Shown here: one piece after another, positions 1 through 8,733 of the stretch
How the letters are laid out: each line of letters starts with the position of its first letter
Position numbering within the stretch: the first letter of the stretch is position 1
Assembly (NCBI GenBank): GCA_043228905.1
Contig: JBHGNT010000903.1
Span: forward strand, 1-14,057
Direction of reading: 5' to 3'
DNA from: Azolla caroliniana
Lineage: Eukaryota > Plantae > Polypodiophyta
Length of the DNA: 14,057 nt
Notes under the pieces: generated by a model
Told to the model about the DNA's origin: nothing
Seen by the model: the letters and a program-made list of their open reading frames with translations, nothing else
Database searches by the model: none
Made by a program: the position numbers and the translations under genes

Positions 1-143
1 GTTTTGGACCATCCGACTGAGATACCCGATGTGACTAGTCCAATCATACCTCGAAGATCCGAGAGACTGTCACAGCCCTGGAGAGGTACTCTCTTGGTAT
101 CTTCTTTACAGACATCGGCGAACCGTCATCATATGAAGAAGCA

Positions 144-511
144 TTGGTATCAGCCGATTCCAGCACATGGCATTTGGCGATGGAGTCAGAAATGAACTCC
201 ATTAGGGCAAACAAGACTTGGGATTTGGTTGAACTACCGAAAAATCAACGTGCTCTTTCGTGCAAGTGGGTCTACAAACTAAAAGAGACGTCTGATTCGG
301 CCACCCCAAAATTCAAGGTTAGATTAGTAGCTAAGGGCTTCCGACAAGAATATGGCGTCGACTTCGGGACTACGTCATTCCAGGGAAAATCGGCCTCAAG
401 AAGATACCTACACCCGATAATGTCGCAGATGGGATGACCAAGTGTGTTTTGGTGGATTGATTCCAATCCCTTTGGCACCAGATGGGCGTAATGAAGAATC
501 AGTCCTATTGA
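144..511 (+). pseudogene. Copia pol remnant: RT N-terminus fused by deletion to RNase H C-terminus
   Basis: RT motifs in the 144..437 ORF; DNVADGMTK (copia NxADxxTK RNase H motif) in the frame starting at 365, with an internal TGA. Confidence 0.85.
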
Positions 512-715
512 GTCAGACATTCAGGACGGTTTCAAATAATCATCATCGATAGTTCAAGGCTCGGGTTCAGTTCTTCCGACCCCGGCCGATTCGGCATTTT
601 GCTCTCGGATTTTGCCAACTTGAACAAAACTGAATTGTTCGACAACCTTGTATATATCTATACTCCTTTTTCGTTTATTATAGATTCCTTGTTGTATAGA
701 CCCATTACGGGGAAG

Positions 716-1067
716 TGTCAAATATAGGTCTCTAATGGACGTATTCACATTGTCCCATTGGACACACTAGGTTTAGGCTATTTCTGTAAATAGTGGAAAG
801 GGCAGTTGCCCTAAGTCAGTTAGTATTCAAACTAACTTTTGTAACCTAATGAAAAAGGTTGTTCATTTTTTGTTATTGTCGCGATTCTATTTGTAACTCA
901 GAGCTTGAATAATACAATTACATCTTGCTTGTGCTATCATTTTCTTCTTCTTCCCATTGCTTTGTTGATCTTGTCTTATGATCTAGTTTCCTATTGCTCT
1001 AAATTTGTTTCTCTATCTATTGATCTGATAATCTTCATAATCCAGAGTGCTAAGATATTGTTCCACA
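716..1067 (+). repeat. Putative 3' LTR of copia A (~352 bp)
   Basis: Begins TGTCA immediately after the PPT and ends TTCCACA, where the sequence switches to integrase coding of another element. The second LTR is outside the window, so the ends cannot be confirmed. Confidence 0.65.
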
Positions 1068-1840
1068 TCGGACGACTGCTTACAACACTAGCCTTCAAAG
1101 AGAAAGAGATTGAAGGTGTATGTGAAGCTTGCCAATTCAACAAACAACGTCAGCAACCATTTCCGAAAGTAAGAAACGTAAGCAAATGTCTCCTAGACGT
1201 AATCCACTTAGATGTGTGGGGTCCGCTCAAACGACAAAATTCGGAGGATGTCGATACTATGTTACCTTTATCGAAGACTTCTCCAGGCACACCTGGATCT
1301 TTCCCATGAGGTAGAAGAGTGAAGTGTTCGCACACTTATTAAAATTCAAAAGTGGAGTCGAAAAGGAAACAAGTCAACATGTTTGATGCCTTCGGTCAGA
1401 TGGAGGAAAAAAGTACTTCTTTGATGAATTTTCGACTTATCTTCGGAAAGAAGGAATCCGGCGAGAGTTTACGTGCTGACATACACCACAACAGAACGGA
1501 GTGACTGAACACAAAAATCAGCACATCCTCGAAGTAGCAAGGGCCACGCTGAACGAGAAGCACATACCGAAGTCATATTGGACCAACGCAACATGCATAG
1601 TCATCTACCTAATGAACCAATGTACAACATCCGGCCGCACGATGTAATCGCTCATGAGAAATATTACAAAAGAAAGCCAGATCTATCCCAAGTTAGGATA
1701 TTCGGCTCTATTGCATACGTGCACATCCCCAACGAAAAGCGGCAAAAGCTAGATCCAAAGTCGGAGAAATGTATCCTCATAGGATACTCACTAGAGCAAA
1801 AGAGGTACAAACGCTTCAACTCCTCTACTTGGAAGGTTTG
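1068..1840 (+). pseudogene. Ty1/copia integrase fragment of an older element C
   Basis: CEACQFNKQ (CC half of the zinc-binding domain), VIHLDVWG, YYVTFIEDFSRHTWIF, CLRSDGGK, HTPQQNGVTE, IFGSIAYVHIPNEKRQKLDPKSEKCILIGY. Several stops and frameshifts; similarity stops abruptly near 1840. Confidence 0.92.
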
Positions 1841-2183
1841 CCGGAATATGAAGATGATCAATCCGAACTCTCATCGTGGATACGCTGATTTCGCTATTGT
1901 CAATCTTCGTCATATGAGCGCGACTCGGCCTGCCCACCGCGAGTGGAACGCCCATTGTCATAGTGTCGTCCTCCCCAAGGATTATAGTGATCATTTCTTG
2001 GGTACTCCTCTTACTCCTGAGCCTCATCCTCCAAATAGGGATCATTGTCACGGTGATGAAGATTGGGACGGCCCGAACGATGGTTGCACTCCGAACTCCG
2101 GTAGCACTCCTCTTTTCGGCTCTGGTCGCTTTGTCGATTAGTACACTGAGGCTCGATATGGCGTACCAGTGCTACAAGGCGAT

Positions 2184-3152
2184 TTAACATATTATATTCG
2201 CATTGGTCCACGTATTCACCCATGAGTGACAAATAGGATAGTGAACTCGCATGTTGTAATCGACCATTGAGTGTCCCGGGTTTAAACAGATTGTGCACTG
2301 GATGGCCTGTCGGAAATGATAATCCTCATCTCTTGGTAATGCTTTCCGTAACGATTCCAAGGACAACCCATCATCCTCGTCTTCTAACTCTAGCTGTAGG
2401 GCCCATTCAATGACCGTGTTCGTCGTTTGTCACGTGAAGTTTTGCATTCCCAACCTCATTCGCAATGGCCAGCGCAAGGCAACTAAAAATGTTTATTTTG
2501 CCTCGTCTTCCGTGGGAGCTCTTGTCAGTTGGCGTCTTAGATTCTAGAACCGTAGGCTGAAATCAACAACTGACTCTTGTTGGAGCTATCGAATAGAGTA
2601 GATCTCACATTGCGGAATGCTTCGGTGAAAGAAGCATAAAAAAGCCGAGTGGAGTTGGTCAAAGGGGACGAAAGTTGCGATGTCGAGCTAGGAATGCCAT
2701 CAGGCGGCGCATCCATCGAGGTTCAGGCCAAACTCAAGGATTTTGGAAGTGTGGGATTCGGCTTCCGGAAGCTGCTTCGACACATGGTTCGCATTCCAAA
2801 CATTTAGGAATGACCGAGTATGACCTTCGGCGTCGGTTTCTCCGCTGAAGCAAGGGTACGAGAAAGCCATTGCAGTAGATTGTCCGGGGCCGGGGTAGAT
2901 ACTATCGACATGGTGTGGGGAGGTTTGTGTTGTGCTCATGGTTTCATTATGGTTGTGAAGTGGGGATAGGACCTCCTGCCCAGTTCCGCTTTGCTCAGTG
3001 AGCGTCGACTTGCGTGTACTCTCCGAGATATCCGGAAACCAGTTCTTGAGGCATGCTTTTTGCGCAGCGCATTCTGCTGCCCTTTGGGTTTCAGCCTGGG
3101 TCTGTGGTCTAACTTGACAAATTGGTTCTTTGCTGCATCGGCGGCTAGACAT
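2184..3152 (-). pseudogene. Retrotransposon gag remnant with zinc-knuckle relics
   Basis: YPCFSGETDAEGHTRSFL...EFGLNLDGCAA*WH, then QQESVVDFSLRF*NL (major-homology-region-like QxxxESVxxYxxRF), then CTICLNPGHSMVDY (CCHC with last C changed to Y) and a second degenerate knuckle PICHS. Confidence 0.8.
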
Positions 3153-3186
3153 CCGTTCCCTAATGTTCGGTTGTGAAAATCACAGA

Positions 3187-3201
3187 CCACCTAGCATGCC
3201 A
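3187..3201 (-). promoter_or_regulatory. Primer-binding site of the gypsy-like element
   Basis: Minus strand reads LTR end ...GGTAACA, then CTTT, then TGGCATGCTAGGTGG. The TGG start complements a tRNA 3' CCA. It is not the tRNA-iMet type TGGTATCAGAGC; the tRNA is not identified. Confidence 0.7.
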
Positions 3202-3205
3202 AAAG

Positions 3206-3704
3206 TGTTACCGGCTAGGGTAAACACGGCCTACCCTCGGTCCTTCGGGGTATGGCTCAAGAAGATTATGGTGCAAGGAAGGGAGAGCGTATACAGGCTA
3301 TTCACGAATGGTTACGAGCGTAGTGCATAACATGGTGTAAGCTTAGGTGAAAGAGAAGTAGGAAGACGGCTACAACCAACTTCCTTCGCACGATGTGTAA
3401 TCTTTACACAAAATCACTTACACAATTAATCACGCACAGGGTATACGCACCAGTTGAGAGACACACGATTTGGAGCAACAAAACTATATTCAGAGATTAC
3501 CCAAAATTCTATGCTAGTCTTAAAAAGTTTCCCATGCCCTTTATATAGGGTCATGGTTGGTTACGCTTGGAGTGTGAACCATTACAGGCGTTCATAATGC
3601 TTCATTCTATACCTACGGCCTCATAGTTACGCTATGGTTGTTTCTGTCCCTACACCTTCCTTTTCGTCTACCTTTTCCTAGTTGACCGACTTAGGAGGCC
3701 AACA
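3206..3704 (-). repeat. 5' LTR of the gypsy-like element (499 bp)
   Basis: Inverted termini TGTT...AACA, PBS directly adjacent, minus-strand TATATAAA at 3540-3547, and similarity to the solo LTR at 11918-12383. Confidence 0.82.
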
Positions 3705-3720
3705 CTTGTATGTGGTAAAA

Positions 3721-3876
3721 CTGGATACATTGTATCGAGGTTGGGCCTCAACTCGATACATTGTATCGAGTTGAGGCACAAAGTGCACCAACTCGATACA
3801 ATGTATCAAGTTTGTCCACATTCTAGAACAAACTTGACACAATGTATCGAGTTCGACCTCGATACATTGTATCAAG
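3721..3876. repeat. Cluster of five 19-bp palindromes, consensus CTCGATACA-W-TGTATCGAG
   Basis: Copies at 3721-3739, 3752-3770, 3792-3810, 3833-3851 and 3858-3876. Copy 2 extends to a perfect 16-bp-arm inverted repeat GCCTCAACTCGATACA-T-TGTATCGAGTTGAGGC (3745-3777). Confidence 0.95.
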
Positions 3877-5101
3877 ATTAACGACATAAACTCAAAAAAC
3901 CACGACTTAAAACAAGAAAAGGCATTTTAAAACCTAATAAAACATGTCTTTAAGTGTGTAAAATAGCCACTTATTGCCTCTAAAAGACTAGAATTCATCA
4001 AATCGTTGTCCAACTTAATAATTTTGGGATATATTAACCACAAATACACTTGTCCCTTAGAGTAACATAGCAATGTCTTTTAAATTTTCATATTAGGTCC
4101 ACGGAACATTAGAATGAACAACCTATCAAAAAAATCCGTCTCAAATATCAAAGCTCCCCTGGAGAGAACCTTAAACTCCCTCTCATCACATACACCCAAG
4201 AAGGCAAAAAACTATTATTTGACGATGAAGTTGGAAGGCAACCTTAATGAAGCATATTTTGTTATGAAAAAGTCGAAAGGCAACCTTCTAACGAGGTGAG
4301 TCAAATGAAAATGGGGGGGGCATCAGGAGGGAAAACATTAGTTGACAAGACATGACTGAATACGAGTGGGCAATGCAATATGTCGACTCAAATAAGAAGG
4401 TGGTCCTTTTAACATCTCAAAATAAGGGACACAGACAACTAGAGAAAGAACAGCCCTTTGGATATGGTCGGATATTAAGATTAGACTATGAGGACCTCGA
4501 CTCCTAGAATTTAATTCTTTTAGTAGATTGCTCAAAGGGGGTTCGAAAAATGTTCTTGTCCGAAGACCGGCTAGTAAAATATTCGTGTGGTCCTGAATCT
4601 TTCAAGGTTGCCATTGAAATTGCTAATAACTTGATAACTACATTGTGGCCATACATTCAAGGCCATGTGTCATTAAAGGAGGCTTCTCCCTCTCTTGTAA
4701 AAGTAGCACCCAGAAGATCTGTCACACACTCTAGGCCTGTTAAGAAGAAAGTGACCAAAATGTCTGAATCAGAGTCCTCGAGTTAAACAGATGATGAAGA
4801 CAATCGGACAACACTAGGGGCTGAGTTGTCATCCGGTGTCCTTTCAACCGAGCAAAACAAAATTAGAACAAAGAGGTAAAAGGTCAAATACAAAGAAATC
4901 AAAAGTTGACCCTCAACTTGAATTAAAGTCAAATGTTGCCAAGAAAATTGAACTTACAATTGAGGAAGCAGCAAACGGTATGAAGTTGTCTCATTGGAGA
5001 TCGATGCAAGGAATCAAGGATGAGCAACTTCTTGTGTCAGTTTTGTCACGAGTCATGGCAAAAGAGCTCAGCCTAGAAGAAATGGTCACTGAGTTCCACA
5101 A

Positions 5102-5186
5102 GTATTAGTTACAATTTTTCTTGTTGTATGCGATTTATCATTATTTTATGTTTTAAGTGTTCTAAAGTTATATTTTGATTTTCCAG
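5102..5186 (+). other. Spliceosomal intron (85 bp, phase 2)
   Basis: GTATTA...TTTTCCAG, T-rich; removal gives EFHN-HKVYMKIQ in frame. Confidence 0.82.
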
Positions 5187-5325
5187 TCATAAGGTCTACA
5201 TGAAAATTCAAGAGGTGATGATGAAGCAACTTGGTTGCTTATCTTGGAACCAAGTGACTGAAGACTACATGACAACGTCCTCCTACAAGGCATTGTCGGA
5301 ATATTTTATTGCATTTAAAGATTGG

Positions 5326-5413
5326 GTTAGTATTTCTCTTTATTTAGTCTTATAAGTATAATTTATGGTAAAAGTATTAAGTATTGGTTCCAATGTTTGG
5401 TTGGTATTTGTAG
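5326..5413 (+). other. Spliceosomal intron (88 bp, phase 0)
   Basis: GTTAGT...TTTGTAG, AT-rich; joins FKDW to KPCRSKK, the frame that runs into the methyltransferase domain. Confidence 0.85.
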
Positions 5414-5881
5414 AAACCTTGTCGAAGTAAGAAAGCCGGAGAAGTAAAAGATATACACGACTTCCCCACTTCTTTTCTTCCACACCTTGAAAGGGCACGT
5501 AAAGAAAAGGACCGACGCTTAATAAAAGCATACGACCTTGAAGATGACGGCACTTTCAAGAAGTTTAGCCATGAAAAAGATATCACCCGCTATCTATATT
5601 ATAATGTTTATTGCGGTGATGTGGCAAATATGATCTAGAAGTTGCCGAAGGAGTATACGCTTATGATCGCAAACATATCGTACGGCTTTCGTATGGCTGG
5701 ATCATCATATGATGATGAACTGTTTAGGTTCAAACAACTCCAGAAAATGGTTAAGGATTTCGTAGATTTGACCACAACATGCTTGTGGAGAATCATCGTG
5801 TTTCATTTGATGGATAAGGGATACTCTGTGGCTCAAGCCTTGAGAAGTCGTTGCCATGGAATGAATTGAGAACCTCGCTTG

Positions 5882-5983
5882 GTAAGATGTTTTACTCGAC
5901 TTCTCCATTGTCTAATGTTTTGCTTTCCATTGATTCTATTACAATTGGTGTGCGCCTTTTGGTTTTTTAATTATGCTTGGCAG
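5882..5983 (+). other. Spliceosomal intron (102 bp, phase 2)
   Basis: GTAAGA...GGCAG; TG+G restores the Trp of the WxK motif (LAWIKTN). Confidence 0.85.
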
Positions 5984-6277
5984 GATTAAGACCAACATCA
6001 ATAGAGGACCAACGTTTCAGTTTGTGAATGCCATAGAATATATAATTGTTGGTTATTTCAATGAAATTAGAAAAACAAAGGATAAAGGAGCATTCAAACG
6101 AGGTTGGGGGTTCAAATCTGCTAGTTTATCCAGGAGTTATGAGTAAATTATGACAAGTCACCACAACATAACATGGCCTTCTCAACCCTTACCAGAAACC
6201 TCAACGTTTGATAATGCACCTTATCGAAATGTTTTCAAGCGAAGGTGATTGGATATGTGATCTATTCTCTAGCACGG

Positions 6278-6365
6278 GTACGTTTGTTTAACTATGTTGA
6301 TTGTGATCCACCAAACTAAAATCTTCCCATGAGGCTAAGACATTCTTTTTTTTATTTGGTACTAG
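6278..6365 (+). other. Spliceosomal intron (88 bp, phase 1) inside methyltransferase motif I
   Basis: GTACGT...ACTAG with a T-tract; G+GT restores Gly in DLFSSTGTT. Confidence 0.88.
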
Positions 6366-7169
6366 GTACTACATATGCATGTGATTTGAAACTCTTTCAA
6401 AACATTATGGCATTGGAGAAGGAAAAAGAGCACGTAAGCTTCACTAACATGAAGATTAAAGCGTTATGGGAATGCCCGGATCAAGATGAGGAGGTTGGGG
6501 CAAAGCACATTGCAAATATTGAATGCTTCCAAACTGCCTCTCGTGAGCCTATTCCTCCATTGGCTGGTGAACCTGGGGAGCTTATAGAACTAGATGATGA
6601 TCTTTTAGAGGGCCCCACATTAGCCAACCTAACTGTTGTAGATATCCATGCACAAGATTTGGATGAGAGTCCTAAAAAGGACGACGAGGAAAACAATGAA
6701 GACAACTTTATTGCCATGTAGAAATTTGTAATAGCCCGACATATCTCAAAACCATATAAAAACATTATTGTATAATTATTCTCGTTATAAGCATGTTGTA
6801 TTTTTTTTTATATAAGTTTCTTCCTTTTAATTGTTCCTATCTTTTACATTTTAATTGTAAGTTTCAGTGTAACTTGTCTAAAGTTTTATTTTAGAAGGAA
6901 GAACACATTTTGATTAGAGTGTCTACCTTATTCATTTCAATGTTATAGTCTGCGAATATGATTCGTTGTTTGATACAGTTGCAGTGTTGTTAACGCATTT
7001 AAATGTAATTATTACGTGTTTGATACAATTGGATGTAGATTACGTTTACTTTAGGACACATCTTACTTTAATTGGAAGGATGATTCTTTCCACTGAGCGG
7101 ACTAATATATCACTTCAGGTTAGAGAATATTTAATACCCAAATGTTTATCAAAAACACACTGAAGAACA

Positions 7170-8110
7170 TATAAAGGTAAAATTGTGGAACTGACCACAA
7201 GTTTAATCTAGGGACTCTAAACTGGTGGGATATAATTCCCATGGATTACACCCTCCAATAGAAAATGGAATACAACAAAAATCAATTCAAAAGTTAGTAC
7301 CTATAATGCACCACAATTCCTGAACCTAGTTATCAAATGTGTATACCATGTTGATATGTTGGAATTTTACCACATTTTATATCTAGGCATAATTGACATA
7401 CTTTCTTTTCCAAAAAGTTTCTTAATTTAATAGTGAATTAAGAAATTTTAACATGTCTCAAATACCCAAACTTTTGATTGCGATTGTATTAATTGGATTT
7501 GGTCTATTAAATTCATTGACTTCAAAAATATTGTAGAGACTACATGTTTAATAGATTTCTACCAACTTCTTCAATTAATCTCATGTGTGATGTTTCTACA
7601 CTTAAAAACATTTGGCTCCTAGAGACATCAAACTTATAATTAATCATTCCACACTCTGTTTCATTTCAACAACTTGTTGAATGTTATTAAAATTTGAGGA
7701 TTTTATCTTATTTGAAGAACATGTGATACCGGTGTATCAAGTTATTGTATATAGCCTGAAATTGCATAATTGTAGAAGGAATCTAAAAGTGGAATGCATG
7801 ATCCTTCCACTTCTAAACATGAACATGTTACCAAGGGCCTCAATGGAACTATCGACTTCCATGGACCCTTTCTTGAATATCAGTACATAATGGCAATGTA
7901 TCGCATCAAGTTGCAACACCACTTTATAAGTTGTTTTTGTATGTATAGGTTTGGTGTACATACAATGTCTTTTATTCTATGTTGTAAGCCTTTGGGTTGA
8001 TAACTTCAAGTTGTAGCCTTCAAACATTTTTAATACTATTGAAGAAAAAATTTCATGCCAAAAATATTGTGATTTTGCAAGTTTTAAAGTAGCAAAACTC
8101 CTTGTATCAT
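7170..8110 (-). pseudogene. Possible heavily decayed CACTA/EnSpm-like transposase remnant
   Basis: Minus-strand fragments in the expected order: MIQGVLLL*NLQ (8110-8075), CFKC (~7610-7598, needs a 1-nt indel), MVYTFD (7349-7332), EGVNPW (~7255-7239, 1-nt indel) and HNLP (~7187-7175, 1-nt indel). These resemble MxHxxD...DGxNPF...YNLP with similar spacing. Many stops; weak call. Confidence 0.35.
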
Positions 8111-8561
8111 AGTATATTTTCATTTTCAATGCAATATATATCTTCTTGCTTAAAAACAATTAGGGTCACATAATTCATTATTTTCGCTTATGCATCCTTC
8201 ATCACCGTCCTCGCTTAACATCATAGATAAAGGTGTCACTATTCACAAGAGTTCTCTCTCTAACTTAAACTCTCCAACCCAATTTAGCCTTTCTCTCTAG
8301 GATGTCTTAGATAAAAACGAAATACAATATTAACAAATGAGCTACCAATACTTTTTAAATATATCCCTTTAGTAAGCAAAACTTCTTAAAGTTCTGAAAC
8401 ATTCCAGAACCTACATACATGTTCAACTCTTAGCACAAAATTGTCTCTTGACATGGCATGATCTTGGCCATTGGTGTAGAAGTCATGCCTATATATAGAG
8501 GTGTCTCATTCTTGTGGAACTATTCCAACTCAACATCAATCTTGTCTTTTCTAGACATCTA

Positions 8562-8696
8562 TGTGGATCGGATATGCGTGCGGAAACGTATGTGAGGACC
8601 TGTCGATTAAGCTCAGAATACAACACAGTAAGAATGGCAAGAGTATAGACACTAGATATGCACATTCGAAGCTTTAATGGAAGCTCTATTATTGCA

Positions 8697-8733
<37 letters not shown>

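Larger units (their letters stand above)
1..1067 (+). mobile_element. Ty1/copia LTR retrotransposon A, 3' part, internally deleted
   Basis: Copia RT N-terminus WHLAMESEMNSIRANKTWDLVELP...CKWVYKLK...FKVRLVAKGFRQEYGVDF (to ~365) is joined directly to an RNase H C-terminus in another frame (RDYVIPGKIGLKKIPTPDNVADGMTKC, 365-~445). A purine tract GGGGAAG (709-715) and a TG...CA LTR candidate follow. Confidence 0.88.
1841..3704 (-). mobile_element. Truncated Ty3/gypsy-like LTR retrotransposon (5' LTR, PBS, gag only)
   Basis: Minus-strand LTR, PBS and gag-like translation in the expected order. No pol or 3' LTR before the junction with copia C; the left boundary is approximate. Confidence 0.78.
4097..6721 (+). 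pseudogene. Spliced pseudogene: uncharacterised N-terminal region, beta-class N4-C/N6-A DNA methyltransferase domain, acidic tail
   Basis: Exons ...-5101, 5187-5325, 5414-5881, 5984-6277 and 6366-6721 join in phase. Translation gives NVYCGDVANMI*KLPKEYTLMIANISYG (motif IV, 5672-5683), ENLAW|IKTN...AIEYIIVGYF, SNLLVYP, LNPYQKPQRLIMHLIEMFSSEGDWICDLFSSTG|TT (motif I), NIMALEKEKEHVSFTNMKI. Catalytic motif before SAM-binding motif defines beta class. Stops at 5636, 6151 and 6169; frameshifts near 5860 and 6060-6112. The 5' end (4097-4830) is uncertain. Confidence 0.88.

Noticed and set aside
905-1309. 134-aa ORF resembling a membrane protein
   Set aside because: Chimera of T-rich LTR sequence (to 1067) read into the integrase fragment of another element.
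1578-2141. 187-aa ORF as a real gene
   Set aside because: Copia integrase tail reading through a junction into antisense gypsy-like sequence.
3721-3876. CRISPR-like array of palindromes with unique spacers
   Set aside because: Repeats are only 19 bp, spacers are 6-22 bp and irregular, there are no cas genes, and the context is eukaryotic.
4216-4295. Imperfect ~42-bp duplication (AAGGCAACCTT at 4235 and 4277)
   Set aside because: Real but only two degenerate copies in a broken reading frame; nothing further can be supported.
6329-6365. ATG start of the 130-aa ORF 6329..6721
   Set aside because: The first 12 codons lie in the predicted intron; the real exon starts at 6366.
5414-6721. Bacterial contamination or an intact restriction-modification system
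   Set aside because: In-phase GT-AG introns, flanking plant-type retrotransposons, no recognisable endonuclease, and inactivating stops.
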